A stretch of 64,000 nucleotides of DNA from Candidatus Omnitrophota bacterium (GTDB lineage Bacteria > Omnitrophota > Gorgyraeia > Gygaellales > Profunditerraquicolaceae): assembly GCA_029571225.1 (NCBI GenBank), contig JAKPTF010000009.1, forward strand, positions 26,925 through 90,924, in the 5' to 3' direction. Below the pieces are notes generated by a model. The model did not search any database. It had not been told where the DNA came from and was given only the letters and a program-made list of their open reading frames with translations. The translations under genes and the position numbers were made by a program. The stretch's first letter is position 1. Each line of letters opens with the position of its first letter. Below are positions 37,875 to 46,978 of this stretch, in pieces.

Positions 37875-39268
37875 TTTGAACAGAACCTGCCTGAGAACAA
37901 AAGCTTCCTGGCCTCTCCGACAATGAATAATGACCCGGCAATAACTATCGTGTCGTCCGCGCCGGCGCAGGCAAAGGCCTTCACGACCGCCGACGGCACG
38001 CTCCGGATCTCGATGATCTCCACGGACGATCCCTGTTGCCTGACACGCTCCGCGATATCCGACGTACTGCGCGCGCGGGGGTTATCTGCCCGGGTGACGA
38101 TGCACCGTTGCGCAAGGGGAGCGAGATGCCTGCATATATTTGTCGCGTCTTTATCTTTTGAGATGCCCAGGACAAGGATGATCTTTTTCCCTGGGATAAA
38201 ATCCCGTATTGTCTTGGCAAGCGCCGCAGCCGATGCTTCATTATGCGCTCCGTCAAGGATCACGCACGGGCGGCGGCGGACGATCTCGAAGCGTCCCGGC
38301 CAGCGCGCCCGGTGCAATCCGCGTTGAACTGCCGCGTGCATGCGCCCCGGAGCCGAATCCTGCGCGGCCCCGGCAACGAGCCCCACGGCAACAGCCGCAT
38401 TGATCAACTGATGTTCTCCGAGCAAAGGCAGACGGATGTGTTCCCATGAGCCGGACATGCCCGAGATATTGAAGATCTGCGTTTCGTTGCGCACAGTTTC
38501 AAGCTGATACCGTATGTCAATGCCTACCTGAACCAGGCGGCATCCGTTTGCCTCGCACTTCGAACGCAGGACCTGCTCGACAACGTGCTCCTGCGGAGCG
38601 CTGACGACCAGCCCTGTCGCAGTCCCTGCCTTGATGATGCCTGCCTTCTCGTGGGCGATCTCACAAAGCGTCTCGCCCAGTTTGTCCATGTGGTCGAAGC
38701 TGATCGACGTGATTCCTACGATATGCGGCTTGACGGCGTTGGTCGCATCAAGCCTGCCTCCTAGCCCTGTTTCCAGGACCGCGAAATCAACAGCCCGATC
38801 CTTAAAATACTGAAATGCGAACGCCGTATATACCTCAAAGAAAGACAGAGGGCCGTAAGGATTCTGCCGGCCGTACGCGGTTATCTCGGGCCGCAGCCTG
38901 TCGGCGAGCCGCGAGAGCTCTTGCCGGCTTATCATTCCTTCAAAATCAGCGTTACCTGCCCTGCGGACAGCCCTGCCCGCAGGCTCCAAGACCCGCAGCC
39001 GCTCGCGTACGTCGGAGAGGTGTGGCGAGGTATACAGACCGACGCGATAACCCATATGGCGCAGTATCGAGGCGCAGAACGCGCACACGGAACCCTTGCC
39101 CTTGGTCCCGGCGACGTGGATAAACCTGGTCTTCGCGTGAGGATCTCCGATGCGCGACAGGAAACTCTCGATACGCGCCAACTTAAAGGAGTCTTTATAG
39201 CGGAATCGCGGTTTTCGCTCGTAATTGATGAACGATCCGAGGTATGTGAGCGTATCCTGGTAGGGCAT
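37871..39268 (-). CDS. folC: folylpolyglutamate synthase/dihydrofolate synthase
   Basis: 465 aa. Mur-ligase P-loop HVAGTKGKGS, VLETGLGGRLDATN, DGAHN. Confidence 0.88.
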   Translation of the reverse strand: MPYQDTLTYLGSFINYERKPRFRYKDSFKLARIESFLSRIGDPHAKTRFIHVAGTKGKGSVCAFCASILRHMGYRVGLYTSPHLSDVRERLRVLEPAGRAVRRAGNADFEGMISRQELSRLADRLRPEITAYGRQNPYGPLSFFEVYTAFAFQYFKDRAVDFAVLETGLGGRLDATNAVKPHIVGITSISFDHMDKLGETLCEIAHEKAGIIKAGTATGLVVSAPQEHVVEQVLRSKCEANGCRLVQVGIDIRYQLETVRNETQIFNISGMSGSWEHIRLPLLGEHQLINAAVAVGLVAGAAQDSAPGRMHAAVQRGLHRARWPGRFEIVRRRPCVILDGAHNEASAAALAKTIRDFIPGKKIILVLGISKDKDATNICRHLAPLAQRCIVTRADNPRARSTSDIAERVRQQGSSVEIIEIRSVPSAVVKAFACAGADDTIVIAGSLFIVGEARKLLFSGRFCSK

Positions 39269-39292
39269 AGGAACCAGCAGGGTCTTCAGGGC

Positions 39293-40852
39293 TCAATGGC
39301 GGAAATGGCGGATCCCGGTGAATACCATGGCGATCCTGTGCTTATCACAGGCCTTGATGATATCCTCGTCGGCGATCGAACCGCCGGGCTGTATGATCGC
39401 CTTGACCCCTATCTTCGCTGCCTGTTCGATCGCGTCCTCTTTCGGGAAAAACGCGTCGGAGGCAAGGCATGAGTTCTTCGCGAGCCTTCCGGCCTTGCGC
39501 TGGGTGATGAAAACCGAATCGACCCGCGACATCTGGCCCGCTCCGATGCCGACGGTGCGCGTGCCGCGGACCAGAATGATGGCGTTCGATTTGACATGCT
39601 TGGCGACCTTCCAGGCAAAAAGTAGCGAAGCCATGTCTTTTGCGGAAGGTTTCTTTTTAGTCACAACCTTGAGTTTTGACTCGTCAAGCGTAAGGCTGTC
39701 GTCATCCTGGACCAGCAGGCCGCCCGAGACCCGTTTGTAATCCAGCTGCTCGACTTTGCGCGTCAACTGCGCCAATTCCAGAAGCCTGACGTTCTTTTTT
39801 TCCTTTAACAGTGCCAGCGCCTCCGGCGCGAATGACGGCGTAACTATACATTCAAGAAAACCGCATTTAGCGATGGCGGCTGCCAGTTTCCCGTCAACGG
39901 GCCGGTTTATGCTGACGATTCCGCCGAACGCCGACAGTTTGTCGCAGCTCCAGGCCTGAGTGAAGGCCTTCATGATATCGTCGTTCTGAGCTACGCCGCA
40001 CGGGTTGTTGTGCTTCACGAACACGGTGGCCGGTTTTTCGAATTCCCTGACAATGTTGACCGCGGCGTTAACGTCAAGGATATTGTTGAAAGACAGTTCT
40101 TTGCCCCAGAGCTGCTTCAACGCCGCCACTCCGGCAATGTCCCTGGCATCGCGGTAGAACGCCGCTGCCTGATGAGGGTTCTCTCCGTAACGGAGATCCT
40201 GCACCTTGATAAACTGCATGGACATCTCGGATCCGAATTTTTCCCCGTGAGAAGCGGTTCCGTGCTGGCCGCTCAGATACCGGTATATCGCCTGGTCATA
40301 ATGGCTTGTGGTCCTGAAAACCTCCTGGCCCAGAATACGCGCGGTCTCCTCGGAGATTGAGCCTTTGTTCCGCTTCAATTCCTCTATGACGCCGTGATAC
40401 TGATTGGGATTACAGAGGACCACGACCGACTGATGGTTTTTCGCCGCGGAACGCAGCATTGACGGCCCACCTATATCGATGTTCTCGATCGCCTGCTCCC
40501 GCGTCACTGCTGGGTTGGCAACCGTCTTCTCGAACGGATAGAGGTTCACGACGACCATATCGATCATCCCGATCCGATGCTCCTTGAGGGTCGCCATATG
40601 CTGTTTGTTCTGCCGCAAGGCGAGCAGCCCTGCGTGTATCTTCGGATGCAGGGTCTTGACGCGCCCGTCTAGCATTTCGGGAAAACCCGTATAATCCGAC
40701 ACCTCGGTAACCATGATGCCCTGTTCCTTGAGCGCCCTGGCGGTGCCGCCCGTGGATAATATTTCTACCCCGAATTCGGCCAATTCCCGGCAGAGCTCAA
40801 CAATCCCGGTTTTATCGGATACACTTACCAGCGCGCGTTTGATTGTAATCAT
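39293..40852 (-). CDS. purH: bifunctional AICAR transformylase/IMP cyclohydrolase
   Basis: 519 aa. ALVSVSDKTG, GRVKTLHPKIHAGLL, and a C-terminal FTGIRHFRH. Confidence 0.95.
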   Translation of the reverse strand: MITIKRALVSVSDKTGIVELCRELAEFGVEILSTGGTARALKEQGIMVTEVSDYTGFPEMLDGRVKTLHPKIHAGLLALRQNKQHMATLKEHRIGMIDMVVVNLYPFEKTVANPAVTREQAIENIDIGGPSMLRSAAKNHQSVVVLCNPNQYHGVIEELKRNKGSISEETARILGQEVFRTTSHYDQAIYRYLSGQHGTASHGEKFGSEMSMQFIKVQDLRYGENPHQAAAFYRDARDIAGVAALKQLWGKELSFNNILDVNAAVNIVREFEKPATVFVKHNNPCGVAQNDDIMKAFTQAWSCDKLSAFGGIVSINRPVDGKLAAAIAKCGFLECIVTPSFAPEALALLKEKKNVRLLELAQLTRKVEQLDYKRVSGGLLVQDDDSLTLDESKLKVVTKKKPSAKDMASLLFAWKVAKHVKSNAIILVRGTRTVGIGAGQMSRVDSVFITQRKAGRLAKNSCLASDAFFPKEDAIEQAAKIGVKAIIQPGGSIADEDIIKACDKHRIAMVFTGIRHFRH

Positions 40853-40887
40853 CGGATCTCCCTTTCAGGTATGAATGCGTTCTGCGG

Positions 40888-41592
40888 TCATTTATTGGTC
40901 CGGATGACGAGATAATCCCCGTCCTGAACGGGGTAGTCCTTCATTTCAAGCCGGACATGGTTGTTTGATTTCGCCTTCGAAAGGCTACCGTCTGCGATCA
41001 GGTCCTTAAAAGACACGACCTCCGCGCGGATAAAACCTTTCTGTATGTCCGTATGGATCGCGCCCGCGGCGTCCCAGGCGGTGGAACCCTTTTTCAGGGA
41101 CCAGGCGTGCGAATCCTTGTCTCCGGCGGTAAAAAAACTGATGTACCCGAAATGCGCATATGCCTCTGACAACAGCTTATCCTTGTTTTCCAGGTCCGCT
41201 GCCTGCGCCAGGTATACAGGCCGCATCGACAGAAGCGAATATCCAGAAACCAGCTCGCGCTCTTCCGCGGTCAGGGCCACGTCGCACACGAGCTCCTCAC
41301 GGTCGAGCTGATCCTTGAATCTTAGAAGAACCGCCCTTTCCGCGTCGAGCGGATTGCGCGACAGCCGCGTTTCGACGAATTCCATATCCGCCACCACCAG
41401 ATCCAGTTTCCTGTCAGCTGGGCATATGATGCCGTCGCATTCAAAAAGCTTGCCTTCGTCGGACACGATATCAATCTGGATATACACTTCTTTGGCGGAA
41501 TTGAACATGGCCTTCAATTGCCTGATCCTTGGATCAGGGAGATTGGCCTTGCCCTGCGTCAACGCATTGATTCCTACGATGCCTATCTTCAC
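40888..41592 (-). CDS. YchF-like protein lacking the P-loop (retains the DUF933/TGS-like C-terminal domain)
   Basis: 234 aa. MKIGIVG is followed directly by INALTQGKA, so the GxxGxGKS segment is absent. The G3 position reads DIVS, not DxxG. The C-terminus HAWSLKKGSTAWDAAGAIHTDIQKGFIRAEVVSF...KDYPVQDGDYL closely follows YchF. Confidence 0.75.
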   Translation of the reverse strand: MKIGIVGINALTQGKANLPDPRIRQLKAMFNSAKEVYIQIDIVSDEGKLFECDGIICPADRKLDLVVADMEFVETRLSRNPLDAERAVLLRFKDQLDREELVCDVALTAEERELVSGYSLLSMRPVYLAQAADLENKDKLLSEAYAHFGYISFFTAGDKDSHAWSLKKGSTAWDAAGAIHTDIQKGFIRAEVVSFKDLIADGSLSKAKSNNHVRLEMKDYPVQDGDYLVIRTNK

Positions 41593-41594
41593 GT

Positions 41595-43529
41595 TTACTC
41601 CTCTTCCTCTTTATGATGCTCCTGGAATGCCTGGATGATCGGAGCGGCGATCTTATTGGGCACGGTCTCGTAATGCGAAAACTTCATGGTATAGCTGCCC
41701 TTGCCCTGCGTCATGGACCGAAGATCGCTGGCGTAGGTGAACATCTCCGAAAGCGGCACGCTCGCTTTGAGAGCCTGCACCCTGCCCTTCTGCTCCATAC
41801 CAATGGTCCTGCCGCGGCGCGAGTTCAGGTCGCCGGATACCGCTCCCATGTATTCCTCGGGTATATAAACCTCGATCTCCATGATCGGCTCAAGCAAAAC
41901 CGGGCCCGCCGCAAGCACCGCCTTGCGCAGCGCAATGCCGCCTGCACGCTGGAAGGCCGCGTCGGACGAATCAACGTCGTGGTATGAACCGTCGAACAAT
42001 ATCGCCTGGACATCCACGACAGGGAAACCCGCGATCACGCCTTGCGCCATCGCGGCGCGGATGCCCTTTTCCACCGAAGGGATGAAATTGCGAGGGATGG
42101 CTCCTCCGACGATCTTGTCCACGAATTCAAATCCCTTGCCGTGCTCTAGCGGCCTGAGCTCAATCCAGGCGTCGCCGTACTGCCCGCGCCCTCCTGATTG
42201 GCGCTTGAATTTGCCCTGGACCTTAGCAGTCTTCGTGATGGACTCCTTATACGGGACCTTCGGTTTCCCCAGCTCCACGTCCACGTTGAACCGCTTCTTG
42301 AGCCTGCCGATCATGACATGCAGGTGCAGGTCGCCCATGCCGGAAATTATCATTTCCTTTGTTTCCGGATCGACCTTTTCGTGGAACGTCGGGTCTTCGG
42401 CGACGAGCTTTGCGAGCGCCTGAGAGATCTTTTCTTCGTCCTGGCGCGTCTTGGGCTTCACGGATGCGGACATCATGGCCTCGGGGAATTCCATGGGCTT
42501 GAACAGCACGGGATGGGCCTGTTCCGCCAGGGTATCGTTGGTCCAGGTGTTCTTAAGTTTAGGGATGGCGACGATATCCCCGGGCCCGGCGCTCTCGACC
42601 GCGCGCTGCTCCTTGCCCTGAAGCAGATAGAGATGGCCGAACCGTTCTGTATTCTTCTGCGTTACGTTATAGAAAGTCGTGTTTGCCTGGAGTTTCCCGG
42701 AAAAAACCCGGGCGATGCTTAACTGGCCGACGTACGGATCAAATATGCTTTTGAAAACAAATGCGCTGAATGGTTTGTTTTCGAAAGGTTCCACTGTGCC
42801 TTCCTCGATCAGCATATGCGGATGCTCCGCCGGAGAGGAAAGGTCCTCTTTGATCGCCTTTAGCAATTCGTCAATACCGTCGTCGGTCAGGGCCGAGCCG
42901 AATATGATAGGGAACACCTTGGCATTGTTCACCGCCTGATGAAGCCCCGCCTTGATCTCATCGATCGTGAGCTTCCCATTGGCGAGATACTTCTCAAGCA
43001 AAGAATCGTCGCTCTCGGCCACTTCTTCCATCAACGACTCAAGCGAGGTCGTATCGAGAATAACGGCGCTGCGGGAGAGTGCCGAACGTATCTCGGCGAC
43101 TATTTTATCTTTATCAATGCCTTCCTTATCCGCTTTATTGACGAAAATAAGGCGGGGCATGCCGATCTCTTCAAGCATCTGCCAGACGCGTTCGGTGCCG
43201 ACTTCGACCCCGGAGCTGGCGTCAATCACTACCACCGCGTTATCGACTGCCCGCAGGGCCGCGATCACCTCTCCGTGAAAATCGGCAAAACCGGGCGTAT
43301 CCACCATCTGTATCCTGATATCCTGGTAATCGCAAAACATGAAGCCGGCATTAATCGATGATTTGCGCTCGATCTCGTCCCAATTATAATCGCTGACGGT
43401 ATTGCCTTCCGCGGTCGTGCCTTTGCGGGTAGTTGCCTTGCAGCGAAAGAGGATCGCTTCGGTCAGGCTGGTTTTGCCTGACTGGGCGTGCCCAAGGAAA
43501 ACTATGCTCCTTTTATTGGTGGCTTCCAT
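41595..43529 (-). CDS. elongation factor G family GTPase (short paralog)
   Basis: 644 aa. G1 GHAQSGKTS, G3 DTPGFADF, G4 NKADK. Domains II-V are recognisable (RVFSGKL, GDLHLHV, GGRGQYG, PVLLEPIM). Shorter than the ~700-aa canonical EF-G. Confidence 0.85.
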   Translation of the reverse strand: MEATNKRSIVFLGHAQSGKTSLTEAILFRCKATTRKGTTAEGNTVSDYNWDEIERKSSINAGFMFCDYQDIRIQMVDTPGFADFHGEVIAALRAVDNAVVVIDASSGVEVGTERVWQMLEEIGMPRLIFVNKADKEGIDKDKIVAEIRSALSRSAVILDTTSLESLMEEVAESDDSLLEKYLANGKLTIDEIKAGLHQAVNNAKVFPIIFGSALTDDGIDELLKAIKEDLSSPAEHPHMLIEEGTVEPFENKPFSAFVFKSIFDPYVGQLSIARVFSGKLQANTTFYNVTQKNTERFGHLYLLQGKEQRAVESAGPGDIVAIPKLKNTWTNDTLAEQAHPVLFKPMEFPEAMMSASVKPKTRQDEEKISQALAKLVAEDPTFHEKVDPETKEMIISGMGDLHLHVMIGRLKKRFNVDVELGKPKVPYKESITKTAKVQGKFKRQSGGRGQYGDAWIELRPLEHGKGFEFVDKIVGGAIPRNFIPSVEKGIRAAMAQGVIAGFPVVDVQAILFDGSYHDVDSSDAAFQRAGGIALRKAVLAAGPVLLEPIMEIEVYIPEEYMGAVSGDLNSRRGRTIGMEQKGRVQALKASVPLSEMFTYASDLRSMTQGKGSYTMKFSHYETVPNKIAAPIIQAFQEHHKEEEE

Positions 43530-43610
43530 GATAATGCTCCTTTTGTGGGGAAAAACGGGATTTTATCAGGGCTCAATCATGAAGATCGAGAGCCGGTTAG
43601 GCGTATATTC

Positions 43611-43639
43611 ATTATAAAAGACAAGCCGGGCAAGGTCAA
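43611..43639 (-). promoter_or_regulatory. sigma70-like promoter upstream of the EF-G paralog
   Basis: Minus strand reads TTGACC, 17 nt, TATAAT, about 80 nt upstream of the ATG. Confidence 0.6.
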
Positions 43640-43640
43640 G

Positions 43641-43677
43641 AAAAACATGGGGACGGCCTCTTTTCTAGAACCGTCCC
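43641..43677 (-). terminator. intrinsic terminator after kamA
   Basis: Minus strand has GGGACGG-N14-CCGTCCC followed by CATGTTTTTCTT, starting 23 nt after the kamA stop. Confidence 0.6.
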
Positions 43678-43699
43678 AATGTTTTTAGTCAGGGGCTGG

Positions 43700-44884
43700 T
43701 TATTCGAGGTAGGTAAAAACTTTATTTTCGTAATTACGCAGGACATATTTGCCCTTTGCCTGCGATAATATATAATTGGGAGCGACCGGGATCTTGCCGC
43801 CTCCGCCCGGAGCGTCGATTACATACGTCGGCACGCCGTAACCCGTAGTGTGGCCGCGCATTTTTTCCATAATATTGATGCCCACGCTGACAGGGGTGCG
43901 GAAATGCTGGGTGCCGCGTGCCGGGTCGCATTGATAAATATAATAAGGCCGGACCCTCATTTTTAGCAACTCATGCATTAGCCTGCGCATGGTCGAAGGC
44001 CGGTCATTGATGCCTTTTAAAAGGACCGTCTGGCTCCCAAGCGGGATCCCCGCGTCAACCAACATGTCGCAGGCATTGCGCGTGCGGCGCGTGATCTCCT
44101 TGGGATGGTTGAAATGAAGGCTCATCCAGATGGGCGCATGTTTCTTGAGCATCGCAACGAGCCCTTCGGTGATGCGTTGCGGCAGCGTCACGGGAACGCG
44201 GGTTCCAATCCTCAGGAACTCCAGATGGGAAATGGCGCGCAGCCTCCCCAGGAGCATGTCCAGGACGTCGTCTTCGAGCGTCAGCGGATCGCCGCCCGAT
44301 ATCAGGACATCCCTTATCTTCTTGTTCGACTGGATGTATTCGATCGCCTTGTCCCAGCGGTTGACGGAATTATCGTGTTTTTCCTCCTGCCCCACCATGC
44401 GGCGCCTCGTGCAATGGCGGCAGTACATGGCGCACGATTCGGTGGCAAGAAGCAAAACCCTGTCCGGATACCGGTGAACCAGGTGCGGAGCCGGGGAATG
44501 GCTGTCCTCCCCGCAGGGATCCGCCATCTCATAGGGGCTGACCTTGAATTCGTCGGCGGTCGGAATTGCCTGGCGCCTGATTGGGCACATCGGATCTTCG
44601 GGATCCAGCAGCGTTGCCCAGTACGGAGTAACGGCCATTGCCATGCGGCCGCGGGCGCTTTTCAACCCATCCTCTTCTGCCTGGGTCAGCGAGACGACCT
44701 GGCTGATCTGGTCGAGCTTGGTGATACGGTTCCGCATCTGCCAACGCCAGTCTTCCCAGTCCAGAGGGTTGACGTCCCTGTAAAGGCTGATCTGCTGATA
44801 ATCCCTGATGCGTTTCGCGGAACGGGCCGTTGCCAGAGATTCGCTAAGCGTCTTTTGCTGCTCGGTCGCAAGCGTATTAGCCAT
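43700..44884 (-). CDS. kamA: lysine 2,3-aminomutase (radical SAM, KamA family)
   Basis: 394 aa, collinear with Clostridium KamA. WEDWRWQMRNRI, CAMYCRHCTRRR, YIYQCD and VIDAPGGGGK. Both Asp positions that bind the lysine epsilon-amine in LAM are retained, with the same 37-residue spacing. Confidence 0.9.
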   Translation of the reverse strand: MANTLATEQQKTLSESLATARSAKRIRDYQQISLYRDVNPLDWEDWRWQMRNRITKLDQISQVVSLTQAEEDGLKSARGRMAMAVTPYWATLLDPEDPMCPIRRQAIPTADEFKVSPYEMADPCGEDSHSPAPHLVHRYPDRVLLLATESCAMYCRHCTRRRMVGQEEKHDNSVNRWDKAIEYIQSNKKIRDVLISGGDPLTLEDDVLDMLLGRLRAISHLEFLRIGTRVPVTLPQRITEGLVAMLKKHAPIWMSLHFNHPKEITRRTRNACDMLVDAGIPLGSQTVLLKGINDRPSTMRRLMHELLKMRVRPYYIYQCDPARGTQHFRTPVSVGINIMEKMRGHTTGYGVPTYVIDAPGGGGKIPVAPNYILSQAKGKYVLRNYENKVFTYLE

Positions 44885-45884
44885 GATTTATCTTCCTCCT
44901 TTGGAAGGCGCTCAACAATACAGACTCGATCAGGTCGTCGTATTGCATTCCCGCGGCATAAGCCATTTTCGGGAAGTTAGATTCCTTCGGGTCCAGGCCG
45001 GGAAGCGGATTAATCTCCAAGACATAGGGGACATTATGCGCGTCAAGCCTGATGTCCGTCCGCGATATATCATAACATCCAATGGCGCGATGCGTACGCA
45101 GCGCCGTATCCTTCACGAGCCGTTCCGTCGAACTGTCAAGGCGCGCCGGGCAATAAAAAGTCGGCGTCAACCCCTGGGCGCGGTCGCCCTGAAATTCCTT
45201 CATGCGCCAGGAATAAAAAAATTCTCCGCTGTCCCTCGCGGTCGAAAAATCTATCTCCAGCACCGGCAGGACCGTCGCCTTGCCGTTCTCGAGGATGCCG
45301 ACCGTAAGCTCCTTCCCCTCGATGAACTCTTCGACTAGGACTTCCTGCCTGTAGAGCCGGATGAGCTCCTTCACCCTTGAGCGTAATTCCTGCGGCCCTG
45401 TTATGAAGTTCTCGCGCCTGATTCCCTTCGCAGACCCTTCCAGATTCGGTTTCACTATGAGGGGAAACCGGAGCTGAGGATCTAATGCCTCGTCCCCTGT
45501 TTCAAAAACCTGGAACGCCGGGGTCGGGATATTCTCCGCTCTTAATATCCTCTTGGTCATGGCCTTGTTCAAGGCAAGAGCCAGAGCGAACGCGTTCGAT
45601 CCGGTGTACGGAATATCAAGGCACTCCAGAAGAGCCGGGACCTCTGATTCCCTGAAGCGGCTCCGGTGACCTTCGGCGATATTGAACACCATGTCAACCC
45701 TGTTCTTTGTAAAATAAGACACCAGGGCTGGCTGGTCAGCATCCACCGAATGCACGGTATGGCCGCGGCGGCCGAGCGCCGCGGCGATGGCGTCGATGGT
45801 CTTTGCCGAATCGCATTCCGAGAAATAGTCCTCGGGCTTTGTCGCGTCTTCTTTTTTCAGGTTATATGTCAGGGCCACGTTCAT
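44877..45884 (-). CDS. ATP-grasp ligase, D-Ala-D-Ala ligase-like family (paralog B)
   Basis: Start set at MNVALTYNLKK (ATGA overlap with the upstream stop). ATP-grasp pattern FPLIVKPNLEGSAKGI, VLVEEFIEGKELTV, DIRLD...PYVLEINPLPGL. Confidence 0.8.
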   Translation of the reverse strand: MNVALTYNLKKEDATKPEDYFSECDSAKTIDAIAAALGRRGHTVHSVDADQPALVSYFTKNRVDMVFNIAEGHRSRFRESEVPALLECLDIPYTGSNAFALALALNKAMTKRILRAENIPTPAFQVFETGDEALDPQLRFPLIVKPNLEGSAKGIRRENFITGPQELRSRVKELIRLYRQEVLVEEFIEGKELTVGILENGKATVLPVLEIDFSTARDSGEFFYSWRMKEFQGDRAQGLTPTFYCPARLDSSTERLVKDTALRTHRAIGCYDISRTDIRLDAHNVPYVLEINPLPGLDPKESNFPKMAYAAGMQYDDLIESVLLSAFQRRKINHG

Positions 45885-46873
45885 TTCAGGCCGTACCTTT
45901 TGATCGCGCACTCCAGGATCCGGGTGATCATCCGCGGATACGGGATGCCTTGATACCGGGAAATGACGGAAAACACGTCCTCGGTCGATAACGACGGAAG
46001 GGGGTTTATCTCCAGCACATACGGCATCCCTTTCTCGTCGACGCGAATATCAACCCTGCCGAAATCCCGGCATTCGATCGCCCTGTATGCCGCGGCGGAC
46101 ACGTCAATGATGCGTTTTAAAAGTTCGGGCTTGACCGGCGCGGGAACGATGTATTCCACCGCGTCCGGCCGGTTGATATGGCCGAACGTGTAAAATTTAT
46201 CCTTAAGGTCGAGCGCGCCGTCGATCTTGATCTGGACGACCGGCAGGACTTCGGGCTCATCCGTGCCGAGGATCGCGACGGTGAACTCCGTGCCCCTGAT
46301 AAACTCCTCGACAAGGGCCGGCTGGCGGTATTTCGTCACGATCAGCTCGACCTGCCTTTTCAGCTCAGCCGCCGTGGTAACGCGCGACGCATTTGATAAG
46401 CCTTTTGAGGACCCTTCGCAGCGAGGTTTCACAAACAAAGGGAACTTCATTGAAGACGGGATTGTGTCTATCCGGTCTGGAGATCCTATCTCTACGAATT
46501 TCGGGGTGGGGATGCCTTCGGAAACGAAGATTTTTTTAGCGATGATCTTATCCAGGGAAACCGCTAGGGTGAGAGCGTCGGATCCGACGCACGGGATGCC
46601 AGCCATCTCCAGGAGGATCGGGACCTGAGATTCGCGGTTCCTTCCGGACAGGCCCTCGGAGATATTGAAAACGATATCGACCTTCAGGTCATTGAGCCTG
46701 GATAACAGAGAGGAAACATTGCCGATCCTTTCGACCTCATAACCGCTTTGGGCAAAGGCATCGGCGATAACATCGATGGTCTCGGGGTGGTCGAATTCGG
46801 CATTCGCATCGAGCGGATCGTTCGGTTTGAACGCGTAGTCGGTCTTCAGGTCGTATGTCAGGCCAACTTTCAT
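45881..46873 (-). CDS. ATP-grasp ligase, D-Ala-D-Ala ligase-like family (paralog A)
   Basis: 330 aa. MKVGLTYDLK, FPLFVKPRCEGSSKGL, ALVEEFIRGTEFTV, DIRVD...PYVLEINPLPSL. Clear tandem paralog of the next gene. Confidence 0.8.
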   Translation of the reverse strand: MKVGLTYDLKTDYAFKPNDPLDANAEFDHPETIDVIADAFAQSGYEVERIGNVSSLLSRLNDLKVDIVFNISEGLSGRNRESQVPILLEMAGIPCVGSDALTLAVSLDKIIAKKIFVSEGIPTPKFVEIGSPDRIDTIPSSMKFPLFVKPRCEGSSKGLSNASRVTTAAELKRQVELIVTKYRQPALVEEFIRGTEFTVAILGTDEPEVLPVVQIKIDGALDLKDKFYTFGHINRPDAVEYIVPAPVKPELLKRIIDVSAAAYRAIECRDFGRVDIRVDEKGMPYVLEINPLPSLSTEDVFSVISRYQGIPYPRMITRILECAIKRYGLK

Positions 46874-46890
46874 TCTATGATACCTCGGGC

Positions 46891-46924
46891 AAAAAATAAA
46901 AGGCCCTGAACACGCCCAGAGCCT
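46891..46924 (-). terminator. terminator-like hairpin plus U tract 17 nt upstream of the ATP-grasp start codon (possible attenuator)
   Basis: Minus strand has AGGCTCTG-N8-CAGGGCCT (8 bp including one G-U) followed by TTTATTTTTT. Confidence 0.5.
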
Positions 46925-46964
46925 TCATTGCATGCCTGTTCTTCCAACGGTTATGCGTCCCTCC

Positions 46965-46978
46965 TGAAAAATTTTTCA
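46965..46978. promoter_or_regulatory. perfect 14-bp palindrome TGAAAAATTTTTCA (operator candidate)
   Basis: Self-complementary sequence read directly. It lies in the leader of the ATP-grasp/kamA operon. Confidence 0.3.
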
